Source: an uncultured Gemmatimonadales bacterium (GTDB lineage Bacteria; Gemmatimonadota; Gemmatimonadetes; Longimicrobiales; RSA9). From it: DNA of 64,000 nt. The notes below the pieces were generated by a model, which saw only the letters and a program-made list of their open reading frames with translations, had not been told where the DNA came from and ran no database searches. Position 1 is the stretch's first letter. The number at the start of each line of letters is the position of its first letter. A program made the position numbers and the translations under genes. Shown piece after piece: positions 41,722-52,544 of this stretch. The DNA lies in assembly GCA_963798085.1 (NCBI GenBank), contig CAWCRS010000002.1, forward strand, positions 96,001 to 160,000. The letters run 5' to 3'.

Positions 41722-42557
41722 GCCGATCCCAGCTCGCGCGCCCGCCGGAACATGGCGCCGGCTTCCTGTTTCCGGTTCTGCTTGTCCAGGACAATGCCCA
41801 TGACGTACCAGGTCCTGGCATTGCGCGCGTCCAGCTGGGCGGCCCGTTCCAGCATGGTCAGCGCTTCATCCAGCCGGCCCAGCACATTGAGCGATTCGCC
41901 GCGGTAGTGGTACGACGACGCCATTTCGGGATCCAGGTCGATGGCCCGCTTCAGCTCGGCTTCCGCCTGCGCGTAGAGCCCTCGCCGGAATTGCACGACG
42001 CCCAGACTCACGTAGATGGACGATCGCTGCGGGTCCAGCCGCGCGGCGCGCTTCAGTTCCTTCTCGGCCGCATCGAAGCGGCCCAGCACGGCCATGGCGT
42101 TCGCGTGGCGGACCATGGCGTCGATGTTCTCCGGATCGATGCGCTTGGCGCGCTCGAATTGCTCCAGCGCCTGCAGGTGCTGTCCGATCTTCTCGTGCAG
42201 CGAGCCCAGTCCGAAGTGTGCCTCGAGGTTGGCCGGATCGCGTCGCAGGATCGACTGGAACAGGTTCATCGCGCGATCCACCTGCCCCGCCTTTTCCAGC
42301 TCTCTTGCCTGGGCCAGCTCATCGGGCGGCACGCCGCTCACGGAATCGGTCATGCGCTTCGCGGGCTGCGCGCGTGGCGCCGCGCTCAGCTCGGCGACGC
42401 GTATCGGCGAGGGCGTTTCCGGCCCGCCTGTGACGGGCGTTATCGGCGGCGCGGCCGAAGCCAGCTCGAGCTGGTCCGCCGACAGGATATCGTTCCGGGG
42501 CCCCTGCGCGGCAGCGGCAATCTCAGGCCGCCGATGACGCGGTTTCCTGCGCGTCAT
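41718..42557 (-). CDS. TPR protein
   Basis: Several TPRs (A..LDP) after a disordered N-terminus. Confidence 0.85.
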   Translation of the reverse strand: MTRRKPRHRRPEIAAAAQGPRNDILSADQLELASAAPPITPVTGGPETPSPIRVAELSAAPRAQPAKRMTDSVSGVPPDELAQARELEKAGQVDRAMNLFQSILRRDPANLEAHFGLGSLHEKIGQHLQALEQFERAKRIDPENIDAMVRHANAMAVLGRFDAAEKELKRAARLDPQRSSIYVSLGVVQFRRGLYAQAEAELKRAIDLDPEMASSYHYRGESLNVLGRLDEALTMLERAAQLDARNARTWYVMGIVLDKQNRKQEAGAMFRRARELGSA

Positions 42558-42582
42558 GGAAAAGAACCTCCCTTCTTCTTCA

Positions 42583-42912
42583 CTACCCACCGCGGCGTAC
42601 CCAGTCGAGGTAGGGTCCGTGGCCGGACTCGACCGGCAGGACCAGGACTTCGGGAACCTCGTACGGGTGCAGCGCGACAGCGCGGGTTGCAAGCGCTTCC
42701 GCCTGCGCCGCTGTCGTCTTCAGCATGAGCAGCGCTTCGGTGGCATCCTCGATATTGCCCTGCCAGCGGTAGATCGAGCGCAGGCCGGACAGAATGTTGC
42801 CGCACGCCGCCAGTCCTTCTTCGACGAGGGCGCGGGCCAGTCTGGTTGCGGTTTCCGGATCCGGCGTGGTGATCAGGACGACGCGGACATCAGTACCGGG
42901 CAGCTCAGTCAT
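42583..42912 (-). CDS. cutA: Divalent-cation tolerance protein CutA
   Basis: LAACGNI, SIYRWQG, HPYEVPEV. Confidence 0.93.
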   Translation of the reverse strand: MTELPGTDVRVVLITTPDPETATRLARALVEEGLAACGNILSGLRSIYRWQGNIEDATEALLMLKTTAAQAEALATRAVALHPYEVPEVLVLPVESGHGPYLDWVRRGG

Positions 42913-44816
42913 GATGGGGCGGCGACGCTTCCGCGTACAGCGCCTCGATCGCATCCGCCCAGTGTTGCTCGACGACGCGACGACGCACCTTGAGCGTGGG
43001 CGTGATCTCGCCCTGCTCCAGCGTGAGCTCGCGATCGATGGCGAGCACCTTCTTGGGCCGTTCGAAGTGCGCGAACGTTTCCGTGCGGCGCGCCACTTCC
43101 TCCTCGAGGCGCGCGATCACGCGCGCGTCCGCCACCAGGGCCTGTGCGGAGGTATCGGTCACGCCTTTCTGTCTGGCCCACGCGCGCAACGTCGTGAAGT
43201 TGGGCACGACCAGCACGATCGCGTACGGCCGCCGATCGCCCAGCAGCACGGCTTCCGCAATGAAGCGACTCTGCTTCACGGCGTTCTCGAATGGGCTGCG
43301 GCGCAATGTACTTCCCGCCCGCTGTCTTGATCAGCTCCTTCTTGCGATCCGTGATGCGCAGGAAACCGTCCGCATCGATTTCGCCGATGTCGCCGGTGTG
43401 CAGCCAGCGCTCGGCATCGATCACGGTACGCGTCGCGTCGTCGTCCTTGTAGTAGCCCTTCATGATCTGCGGTCCGCGGATCAGGATCTCGCCGTCGTCG
43501 GCCACGCGCTCTTCCGTTCCCGGTATGGGCCGGCCTACGGTGCCGATGCGCATGTGTTGCGGCGTGTTCACGTTGGTGACAGGCGACGCTTCGGTCAGAC
43601 CGTAGCCTTCGAGAATCAGCAGGCCGGCGCCGTAGAAGAACTCCGTGATCTGCGGCGCCAGCGGTGCGCTGCCCGAGATGAAGAAGCGGATGCGGCCGCC
43701 CATTCCCTCGCGAATCCTGTGAAACACGAGCCGGTCCGCGAGCGCGTACTGCAATCGCAGGCCCAGTGGCGGCCGATGCCCGGCAAGCAGCTGCTTCGCC
43801 CATTGCAGAGCGACGCGTCGCGCCCAGAAGACAATGCGTCGCTTGAATCCTGTTTCCGAGAGGACGCGCGCGTACACCTTCTCGTACACGCGCGGCACCG
43901 CCACCGCGACGGTGGGCTTCACCTCCTGGAACGCCTGCGTGACTTCGTCGAAGTTCGCGACATACGCGATGGTGCAGCCGTAGGAGAACATCACGTAGTC
44001 GACGGTGCGCTGGAACACGTGGGAAAGCGGCAGGAAGCTGAGCGCGACGTCGGCCAGGCCGACGGGCAGATCGGACAGTGACGCGATCACGTTGGCGTGC
44101 AGGTTGGCGTGCGTCAGCATCACGGCCTTGGGCGTGCCGGTGGTTCCCAATGTGTACACCAGCGTGGCCAGGTCCTGCGGGCCGATCTCCCGCGCACGCT
44201 GCCTGAACTCGTTCTCGGTGCCACCGGCCTGCCTGCCCCTGTCCAGCAGCGCCGTGTACGACATAACACCCGGTTCAGTGAGCGGCACATCATCGAAGGC
44301 GACAATGCGCCGCGGCCGACCGCACTGCGCGCGTACCTCCAGCATCTTCTGCAGTTGTGCTTCACTGGAGACGAACGCCGTGTCGACCTCGGCGTGCTCC
44401 ATCATGTAGGCGATCTGGGGCGGCGGCAGCGTCGGATAGACGGGCACGGTGAGCGCGCCGTGGCAAATGATCGCCCAGTCGGTCAGCGCCCACTCGGGCC
44501 GGTTCTCGGACAGGAGGGCCACGCGATCGCCGCGGCGCACGCCCTCAGCGGCCAGTGCCTGCGCAATGAGCTGCACCTGTTCGAGCACGTGACGGTGCGA
44601 GATGGGCCGCCATGCGCTGGCCGAGCGGTGCAGCATGGCATCCGGCTTGTCGAACTCGTCGATGGCCTGGAAGAACAGCTCGACCAGTGTGCCATCGGGA
44701 ATGTCGGCGGGCGTGTTCGCATAGCCCACCCGGAATTCCGATTCCGCGTGGGGCGGGGCGGCCGGCGGCGCGTCCGTATTCTGCATCACCGCCCTGGCCT
44801 GCCCAGGCTCATTCAC
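42905..44816 (-). CDS. Long-chain fatty acid-CoA ligase (+1 frameshift near 43290)
   Basis: YT(L)GTTGTPK, EGYGLTE, HTGDIG, ITDRKKE..GGKYIAPQ, then GEITPTLKVRR in the next frame. Confidence 0.92.
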
Positions 44817-45217
44817 TCGAACACCACGTCGGACAGAACTTCAATGTCCTCGCGGATGGAGTGCATGGCGCTGCAGTACTTCTCCTGCGACAGCTGCACG
44901 GCGCGGCGGACCTTGTCGTGATCATCTTCGGCCACGCCCGCGACGCGGTACGTCAACCGGATCTTCGTGTAGCGACGCGGCGGTTCCTCGCGCCGGTCAC
45001 CCTCGGCGCGCACGTCGAATGCGCTGAGCCGTACGCGCATCTTCCCCACAATGTCGACAATGTCCGACGCCGTGCACGCAGACAACCCGAGCAGGAACGT
45101 GATCATCGGCGACGGACCGACCTTGCCATCACCGTCGACCACGACCTGCGGTCCGCCTTCCTTGCCGCCGGCGAACTGCGTGCCTTCACCCAGCCAGCGC
45201 AGCGTGACCGCTGCCAT
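44813..45217 (-). CDS. OsmC/YhfA family protein
   Basis: GPSPM..LSACT..D, LSQEKYCS. Confidence 0.9.
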   Translation of the reverse strand: MAAVTLRWLGEGTQFAGGKEGGPQVVVDGDGKVGPSPMITFLLGLSACTASDIVDIVGKMRVRLSAFDVRAEGDRREEPPRRYTKIRLTYRVAGVAEDDHDKVRRAVQLSQEKYCSAMHSIREDIEVLSDVVFE

Positions 45218-45660
45218 CAGGGAATCGCTCCCTCGGCATCGTCGCTTCCCACGAGTCCCGCATCCAGCTGCGCCAGTGTCTGCTTCGCATGTTCGACATG
45301 ACGCTCCGCCTCCGGTCCGGCGGGCGGCTGCGCCAGGAATTCGCGCAGATGCGACGCCGCATCGTCGGGCCTGCCCTCGCGCAGCAGCAGGAACGCCAGG
45401 CCGTAGTGTGCGCCCGCGGCCGTGGCATCGCTGCTCAGTGCCTTGCGGTACGCGCGGATGGCTTCGTCGGTCATGCCAATGCGCGTGTACGTGACAGCGA
45501 TCTGCTGGAGCACCGCAGCGTCCTCGGGAGCGTCACGCTGCGCGAGACGGAACGACGTCAGTGCCTCGTGGTACTTGCCCGCGTTCAGCAGGGCGAGGCC
45601 TTCGTCGTAGTAATCGACCGCGTCCGTCTCCTGCCTGAAGAGTTTTTTCCAGAGGCTCAT
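45217..45660 (-). CDS. TPR protein
   Basis: YYDEGLALL..GKYHEA, AHYGLAFLL. Confidence 0.85.
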   Translation of the reverse strand: MSLWKKLFRQETDAVDYYDEGLALLNAGKYHEALTSFRLAQRDAPEDAAVLQQIAVTYTRIGMTDEAIRAYRKALSSDATAAGAHYGLAFLLLREGRPDDAASHLREFLAQPPAGPEAERHVEHAKQTLAQLDAGLVGSDDAEGAIP

Positions 45661-45739
45661 GGCAAGTTATCGCGGCGGGAGAGTGAAGCCTGCCGGTTTC
45701 CTCAAGATAGAGGACCCGTCCGGCGAGGCGCAATCGAGT

Positions 45740-46363
45740 TCAACTGTGCAACGCGAGCATTGTATCCTGCTCCTGCAGCATGACGCGCATGCCGCGGGCC
45801 GTGAGTCGTTCTACCGCGTTAGCGGGCGCCCCCTCGAGCACCAGCCGCCCCAGTGGATGCAGTATGCGCGCACCTTCTTCCAACAGGGTATCAGCAGAGT
45901 CGCCGCTCAACCAGACACCGTGCATGCGCGCCGCGCAGAATGGCAGCACACTGCGTACCGCAATGCGGCTGACGCCGGGCGCATTGCCGGCGGCGGGTGG
46001 TGTTTCCGCCACGATTTCGGTGTTGTCGCTGAAGGCCGCGAGCGCAGCCGCGTGGCGGGCGGCCGGTCCCATGACCAGCGTGAATCCGTGTCTGTTCACA
46101 TCCAGTCCAAGCAGCGCGGCCATGCGCAGCGCCTCGTCGTTGTCAGGCGGCCCGGCGTCGGCGCTTGGTCGGGACAGCGCCCGTTCCGGTTCAGCAAGCA
46201 CGTATGCAATGCCTTGGTGAATCGGGTACTGCCGGCGGCAGGAAGGACAACCGAGCGCACCCTCGCGGATGCGGCGCTGGTCCATCTGATGGGCCAGCAG
46301 GATCAGGCCGTGCTCCGGTCCGCACACCGGGCACGTCAGGATGTCGGTCAGCAGGAGGTGCAT
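45740..46363 (-). CDS. Trm112-like N-terminal domain fused to a degenerate methyltransferase-like domain
   Basis: LTDILTCPVC..EGALGCPSCRRQYPI..GI; LPF..ARILHPLGRLV. Confidence 0.65.
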   Translation of the reverse strand: MHLLLTDILTCPVCGPEHGLILLAHQMDQRRIREGALGCPSCRRQYPIHQGIAYVLAEPERALSRPSADAGPPDNDEALRMAALLGLDVNRHGFTLVMGPAARHAAALAAFSDNTEIVAETPPAAGNAPGVSRIAVRSVLPFCAARMHGVWLSGDSADTLLEEGARILHPLGRLVLEGAPANAVERLTARGMRVMLQEQDTMLALHS

Positions 46364-46436
46364 GGGCAGGCGGTGCTGCGCCGGCGCCGCCGCCGCAGCG
46401 CGATCGTGCGCGGGCGGTCTGCGTGCAATGGCCCGT

Positions 46437-48381
46437 TCAGGGCCGTAGCTCCACCACTGTCACCTTGCCAGCCTGCACGCGAATGCGCCGCCATACGTGC
46501 TGCCCGGCGATCTCTACGCCGATCAGGTAGGTGCCGGCGGGCACATCATTGACGGCGAAATTCTCGCCGTAGACCGGATCCGGGTGGGCGCGCTCGCCGT
46601 ACGTCTCCGCGTACGAGTAGGGTGTCTCGGCCGGGTAGGGCAGCACCAGGCCGAAAACATGTGCGCCGCGTACCGGCTGACCGGTCGCATCCAGCACGCG
46701 ACCGACGACGGTACCGGTTCCCGGCAGCGGCTCCAGCCATAACTCGGGATTCACAGTGTGCGGCGGGTAGCGCTCATTGGCATTCACAATGTCCGCCGAG
46801 TCCGGCGAGGCAGACACGTGGATCTCGAGGTGCAGGTGATCATTCGTGGCGCGACCCGTGTTGCCCACTCGCGAAATGACATCGCCGGCATTGACGTGCT
46901 GGCCGCTGCTCACGTCGAGCGAGGCATTGTGGTAGTACACGGAGAAGACGTACTTCCCATCCAGCTGGGCGTCATGACGGATGGCGACCGTGTGGGCACC
47001 CGCTTCCGCATCGCCTGCGAACACCACGGTTCCAGCGGCCACGGCATGCACCGGCGTACCCGCCGGATTATTGAACTCGACCCCCTGATGCTGCTGGAAG
47101 GCCCCACCCATGGTCGAGCCGTAACGGTAGGTGGCATCAATGTACGGATTGGCGGCGCTGTCCGCGATGGGCCGGGGAAAGCGCATGTGCTGCGCGTCCT
47201 CAATGGTGCCGCCCGGCACCACACTCGAGTACACGATCTCCGGACCTTCGCCCGCCAGCACGCGCGACAAGCCGCTGGCCGCGCCGCCAACGGGCCAGGG
47301 CGGCGGGCCCAGCCACGTCATGGACCACATGTCGGCGGCCGGCTTGTAGTCGTCGCCCGCGGCCACGAAGTAGATGCGGAAGTCACCCAGGCCGTTGCCG
47401 GCCGCGAGACCGAACGAAAGCACAATGGAGGGTTCGGCGATGCCGGGCGTGGGCACAATCGCCCGCGGCTTGCCCGGCAGTCCCGGCCAGCCCGGCAGAT
47501 TGATGGTCCCGGGCACGAACTTGTTCTGTTTGCTGCTGCGTGCGGAGTCGACCAGGATCTGATCCTCGGTCGCCACCCATATCATGGAGTCGAGTGTGGC
47601 AGCGACCGCGCGAATGCGCCTGGCGGGGATGCCGTCTGCGGGCGTGAGATTGCGCCACGTGCGCCCCGCGTCCTTCGATGTCGAGAGTCCCTCGAGGTGC
47701 CCCACCCAGATCGCGCCATCCGGGCCGATATCGACCGATAGCAGGTACTCCGTGGGCAGTGCGGCCACGCGCTCCGTGCAGCCATCGTTCGCGCGATCCG
47801 CGCCGCCGGCCACGACGTGCAACGCGGTCACGCAGCGCCACGTCTGGCCGCCATTGCTGCGTGATGCGCAGTCCGTCGGCGGTGGCAATGACGACGGTGT
47901 CGCCGGTGCTGCGCATGCCGTTGTGCGCGACGTACTGCCACTGCGGGCCGAGCCGCGTCATGGTCCAGTTCTGCCACGTGGCGCCGCCATCCGTCGAGCG
48001 ACCCCAGCCGTTGCCCACCGTGCCGTACCAGACCGAGCCATCATTGGGGAACGCGAAGCTGTTGATGTAGCCCCATGAGATTGCCGTGGAGTCACCGGCG
48101 TGCGGCGCGATGTGCTCCCAGTGGCTCGTGCCGTTGCGCAGCACGTAAATGCCGCGGCCGTAGGTGCCCGCCCACAGCGCGCCTTTGCTGTCCACGCCCA
48201 GCGCGAGCACGTGCACGCCGAAGCCGGTGCTGTCCGGCAGAGGCGGCGGCAGCCTGCGCCGCTGCGGCTGCGGTGGTCCGGCACCCTGTCGTTCCTGTTC
48301 CGGTGCGCCACCGCTGGCGCATGCCGCTGCCAGCAAGGTCGTGAGCAGAACCAGCCCCGCAACACCCGACCGCGTGCTCAT
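46437..48381 (-). CDS. Lipoprotein with beta-propeller, M23 peptidase and C-terminal beta-sandwich (+1 frameshift near 47860)
   Basis: LAAC lipobox, STDGGATW and SKDAGRTW boxes, HQGVE..GTPVHA, GNTGRATNDHLHLEI. Confidence 0.8.
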
Positions 48382-48764
48382 GTGAACAGCATCCGTTCCG
48401 TGTATTGTGCCCACTGCGTGGGGGTTTCCCAGACGCGCGTATAGAGCATGGCGCTGGCCACTCCGGCGGGCAGCGTGCGGCGCAGCTCGTCCCAGAAATA
48501 CTTCGCCTGATTCTCCGCGGACGGCTCAATGTGCGTGAACGGCTCCAGATCATTCAGGTTCTCATGGTCCAGCCGGTCGGCCAGCTCGCGCAGCTGCCGC
48601 TTGATGACGACGAAGTCGAAGGCAATGCCCGCTTCATCCAGCTCCGAGCTGGCGAGCGCGACCTCCACGACGTAGCGGTGCCCGTGCAGCCGTTCGCACT
48701 TGCCGTGGTAGTTGCGCAGGAAGTGCGCACTGTCGTAATGCGCCTGCACGCTCACGGTGAACAT
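48378..48764 (-). CDS. queD: 6-carboxy-5,6,7,8-tetrahydropterin synthase (PTPS-I)
   Basis: SAHFL..CERLHGHRY, DF, LDH..LN, PSAEN, WETP. Confidence 0.85.
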   Translation of the reverse strand: MFTVSVQAHYDSAHFLRNYHGKCERLHGHRYVVEVALASSELDEAGIAFDFVVIKRQLRELADRLDHENLNDLEPFTHIEPSAENQAKYFWDELRRTLPAGVASAMLYTRVWETPTQWAQYTERMLFT

Positions 48765-48767
48765 CGT

Positions 48768-49509
48768 TCAGGCACGCTCCAGCGAGAGGGTGGGCACATT
48801 CGTGCCCGGCGGCTGCGTCAGAGCATACACCACGGCGCCAGCCACTGCATCGGGATCCAGCATGGCGTCACGCGGTGGCAGGTTCGTGTGCACCGTGCGA
48901 TCGAATGCCATCCCACATGGCCGTGTCGGTCGCGGCGGGCTCGACCAGGGTGCAGCGGACACCCGTGTTGTGCAGCTCGAGCGCGAGCACGGCGTGCAAT
49001 CCGCGCACGCCGAATTTCAATGCCGAGTACGCGCCGTTCATGGGGAATGCCTGGCGGCCGGCCACGGAGCCGATGGTGACAATGTGGCCGCGGCCGCGTT
49101 CCAGCATGGCGGGCAGGAACGCACGCATCATGAGGAACGGCCCGCGCAGGTTCACCGCCAGGTGCTCCTCGAATTGTGCGGCGCTGGTCTGCGCGATCGC
49201 TGACAGTGCAAACACGCCCGCCGCATTGATCAGGAAATCGGGCGCGCTCTCACCCAGCACGGCGCGGAACCTCGCCGGCATCTGCTGTGTGATTCTCGCG
49301 TCGGAAACATCGCCGGCGAGCGCCACACCCGCCACGCGCTCCGCCGCCTCACCCAGGCTGGCCTTGCCCCTCGCCACCAGCGCCACGCGCACGCGGGCTG
49401 CTGCCAGCCGGCGTGCAATGGCGAAGCCAATGCCGCGCGATGCGCCGGTCACCAGCGCGCTGCGCCCTTCGAGTGTCGCCGCAACCGCCGCCTCAGCCAA
49501 CGATGCCAT
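48768..49509 (-). CDS. SDR oxidoreductase, candidate sepiapterin-reductase-like (+1 frameshift near 48905)
   Basis: [16 protein letters not shown](L)[12 protein letters not shown], then [10 protein letters not shown] in the next frame. Confidence 0.8.
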
Positions 49510-50095
49510 TGACCAGACACAGTCGCAGGAACTCCTCGCGGGTTTTCGGATCCTCGAGGAACGCGCCGCGCATGGCACTCGTGATAGTCTTCGAGTTCTG
49601 CTTCTCCACACCCCGCATCATCATGCACAGGTGATAGGCCTCCACAATGACGCCCACGCCCTGCGGCTGGAGCACGCTCCAGAGCGACTCGGCGATTTCG
49701 TCCGTCAACCTCTCCTGTATCTGGACACGCCGCGCGAAGAGATCCACTATGCGCGCCACCTTGCTGAGCCCCACGATGTGGCCATTCGGGATGTACGCGA
49801 CGTGCGCCTTGCCGAAGAACGGGAGCAGGTGATGCTCGCATAGCGAGTACAGCTCGATGTCCTTGACGATGACCATGTTGTGATGATCCTCGTCGAAGAT
49901 GGCGTCGCCGATCACATCGGCCACGCACATCTTCTCGCCGCGCGTCAGGTACTGCAGTGTGTCGGCCACGCGCTGCGGTGTGCGCTTGAGGCCCTGTCGT
50001 TCCACGTCCTCGCCCAGGCGCCGCAGGATCTCGCGAACGAGGTCCGGCAGCGCGGCCGTCTCCAGTGTCATGGGCGCAACCTGCATCGTGCTCAT
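49493..50095 (-). CDS. folE: GTP cyclohydrolase I
   Basis: [32 protein letters not shown]. Confidence 0.96.
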   Translation of the reverse strand: MSTMQVAPMTLETAALPDLVREILRRLGEDVERQGLKRTPQRVADTLQYLTRGEKMCVADVIGDAIFDEDHHNMVIVKDIELYSLCEHHLLPFFGKAHVAYIPNGHIVGLSKVARIVDLFARRVQIQERLTDEIAESLWSVLQPQGVGVIVEAYHLCMMMRGVEKQNSKTITSAMRGAFLEDPKTREEFLRLCLVNGIVG

Positions 50096-50580
50096 GATTC
50101 CTCCTCCGCCCCCAGGCCCGTGTATTCGACTGCGTTGCGCGGCGTTTCGTGCAGCACCAGACGCGTCAGCCGCACCTGCGGCGGCAGCTGCGGCATGATG
50201 CGGTTCCAGATGGCCAAGACCAGGTTTTCCGTCGTCGGATTCACATCGCGCAGCCACGGAACATCGAGATTGAGGTTCCGGTGATCGAGATCATGGATCA
50301 CACCCTCCTCGACGATGTCGCGCAGCACCTTCAGGTCAATGACGTAGCCCGTTTCAGGCGCGACCGGTCCTTCGACAGTCACCTCCAGCTCGTAGTTGTG
50401 ACCATGCCAGTTGGGATTGGCGCAGAGGCCGAACGTCTCGCGGTTCGTCTGCTCATCCCAGTCGGCCCGACCCAGCCGGTGCGCGGCGCTGAAGTGGAGT
50501 CGTCGCGTGACACGCACCCGCGGCAATGCGCGCGCCTTCGAGCCTGCGCCGTCGCGCTGCTTCGACTCTGCCTGTTTCAT
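50092..50580 (-). CDS. 6-pyruvoyl-tetrahydropterin synthase (PTPS-II / animal-like)
   Basis: [44 protein letters not shown]. Confidence 0.85.
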   Translation of the reverse strand: MKQAESKQRDGAGSKARALPRVRVTRRLHFSAAHRLGRADWDEQTNRETFGLCANPNWHGHNYELEVTVEGPVAPETGYVIDLKVLRDIVEEGVIHDLDHRNLNLDVPWLRDVNPTTENLVLAIWNRIMPQLPPQVRLTRLVLHETPRNAVEYTGLGAEEES

Positions 50581-50673
50581 GGCGCGACGGCTCCTCATGT
50601 TTGCGCATTGCCCCCGGCGGGCGCGCCCGTGACCTCGCGCGATTACCCGCCCATCCGCGCGGTGTTTCGGCCG

Positions 50674-50708
50674 AAAAAAAAGGCCGGCCCGCTCAACACG
50701 GGCCGGCC
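50674..50708 (-). terminator. Intrinsic terminator
   Basis: GGCCGGCCCG-TGTTGAG-CGGGCCGGCC followed by T8 on the minus strand. Confidence 0.85.
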
Positions 50709-50873
50709 GGCGACGTACCGAAGGTCATTTGTTGGAGCCCAGTCGAAATCGACTGGTGACCTCCCCATTCCTTCCGGCTTCCCCCTCGCGAGGGCATGAC
50801 GTCCAGAACGGGAGCTGGCCCCAATGAAGCAATGCTGTAGGCCCAAAACGGTTCCCTCGGTACGTCTGTCGCC
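50709..50873 (-). ncRNA. Structured non-coding RNA, 6S-like (identity unconfirmed)
   Basis: Closing stem GACGTACCGAGGG / CCTTCGGTACGTC, inner helices and hairpins; has its own promoter and terminator. Confidence 0.6.
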
Positions 50874-50879
50874 GCTGAA

Positions 50880-50908
50880 AAGGTAGTCTGACCCTTCAGG
50901 GGTGTCAA
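50880..50908 (-). promoter_or_regulatory. Sigma70 promoter of the structured RNA
   Basis: TTGACA-17 nt-TACCTT. Confidence 0.7.
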
Positions 50909-50930
50909 TTCGATGGACGCACCACTTCGG

Positions 50931-51599
50931 CTACGGCACAATGTCGCTGTGCACGTGATACAGGACCTGCATCGTCGCCGCATCACGACTGCTCGGCTGC
51001 GCCACCTGCGGGTCGGTGCGATACATCAGATCGCGTGCGTCGGGTGAGTGCCTGCCGATGCCCAGGACGTGTCCCAGCTCGTGCGCCACGAGGCGGTCGA
51101 GCGTTTCCGGCGTGGCCGCTTCGATCGCGAGCACCAGCACCAGCATCTTGACCTGGCTGGCGGCCGCATCACTGCGGGGGAACGTGCGCAGCCGCAGGAC
51201 GGCCGGGTTGGTTTCATCCAGACAGAACGTGGTGACGGCCTGCGTGAGCGCGGGCTGGCAGTTGCTCGTTTCGACAGGCAACACTTCGTCGGAGAGCGAG
51301 AGCACGACGTCCGCGTGATCGAGGTCGGCGGCGCGCTCGAGATGATACTCGGCGAAATCCGCGAGATCGTTCCACGCCTGTGCGCCCAGTACGAACGCGG
51401 TGTCCAGACGGGCGTTGTCGACGGCAACCGGTCCGTGATTCACGTACACACGCACGCGGGTACCGGCGGGCCAGCGCAGCACGAGCGGTGGCTGCGTCGT
51501 CAGCCGGAACTCATAGACGAGCCCGGCATCGCGGCCCGGTATCGTGGGTGAGCTGCACGCGGCGAGCAGTGTCGCCAGCAGCCAGAGGTGGCGCCTCAT
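50931..51599 (-). CDS. Matrixin-like (M10) zinc metalloprotease lipoprotein
   Basis: LAAC lipobox, HELGHVLGIGRHS, Met-turn DLMY. Confidence 0.85.
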   Translation of the reverse strand: MRRHLWLLATLLAACSSPTIPGRDAGLVYEFRLTTQPPLVLRWPAGTRVRVYVNHGPVAVDNARLDTAFVLGAQAWNDLADFAEYHLERAADLDHADVVLSLSDEVLPVETSNCQPALTQAVTTFCLDETNPAVLRLRTFPRSDAAASQVKMLVLVLAIEAATPETLDRLVAHELGHVLGIGRHSPDARDLMYRTDPQVAQPSSRDAATMQVLYHVHSDIVP

Positions 51600-52294
51600 C
51601 GCCGTGGCCCCAGCTCGAAACCGGCCTGCAGCAGGAAGCGGAACACGGAGCCGGATTGCGCGCCCGCGTCGCGCAGGACGGGCGTGCGGAAGCGATGCGC
51701 CTGACCGGTCGCACGCAACACCACGCGCGTTCCCGCCAGCGGCACGTGCACGCCCGTGTTGCACTCGAGCAGGGGCGCCAGCTCGCTGCCGTTCTCGAAC
51801 AGACCGCCAGTCGCGTAGTAATGCAGCGCACCGAAACCGCAGCCGGCGTCGGTCTTCCAGAACAGTGGGTAGCGGACACCAATGGTGAGGTGTGCGGCGG
51901 AGAGATTCTGCATGCGGCGCACGCCATCGCCATCGTGCGCGTCGAGGTGTGTAGCGGTCCAGCCGAAGGAGAGATCGAGCGTGCTGCGGTGGCGCAGCGG
52001 CAGCCCCAGTGCGACCTCGAAGACCGGCCCCACGGTGGGGACGGCGCGCACACCGCCGGCGAACAGCGTACCGAGTCCACTGCGCAACAGCGGGTTGGCC
52101 ACCTCGTCTTCAGCCAGTGCGCTGGACTTCACCGCGCCGGCCCGCACCTCGACGGTCGGGTGCTGGGCACGCGCCGATCCCGAAACACTTGCAAGCAGAA
52201 CTGCGAACACAAAGGCCGGGCCGAGCCCCACTGCGCGTGTTGAGCGCGGGTGCGCCCAATGTCGTGCCGCCTGACCCACCGCTACTACGTGCAT
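51596..52294 (-). CDS. Hypothetical exported beta-barrel-like protein (start uncertain)
   Basis: Signal peptide ending SARA|Q, amphipathic strands; overlaps the matrixin start. Confidence 0.6.
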   Translation of the reverse strand: MHVVAVGQAARHWAHPRSTRAVGLGPAFVFAVLLASVSGSARAQHPTVEVRAGAVKSSALAEDEVANPLLRSGLGTLFAGGVRAVPTVGPVFEVALGLPLRHRSTLDLSFGWTATHLDAHDGDGVRRMQNLSAAHLTIGVRYPLFWKTDAGCGFGALHYYATGGLFENGSELAPLLECNTGVHVPLAGTRVVLRATGQAHRFRTPVLRDAGAQSGSVFRFLLQAGFELGPRR

Positions 52295-52544
52295 CCAGGC
52301 ATCAACCCGGCAGCGACCGCTCGGCGCGCGGGTCCCTCCCGCGGCTGCGGACCGCGGGTATCGAGCCGGGCCCTTCCATCGTGTCAGGCTGAGGATGGCG
52401 CAGTGCCTCGCCGGCCGTCAAGCAGCGGCCGCCACGGGTCCGGCCAGGGTCCCGCCAGCGGTCGCCACTCCGACATTGTGCGCCAGGCGGTCGCAGCGTA
52501 TGCTAGGGTCCGGTATCCTGTTGGACCCCGTATCCCGGCTCCCC

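Noticed and set aside
50765..50790. SRP RNA, because of CCGGAAGG
   Set aside because: The flanking CAGG and AGCAG of SRP helix 8 are absent.
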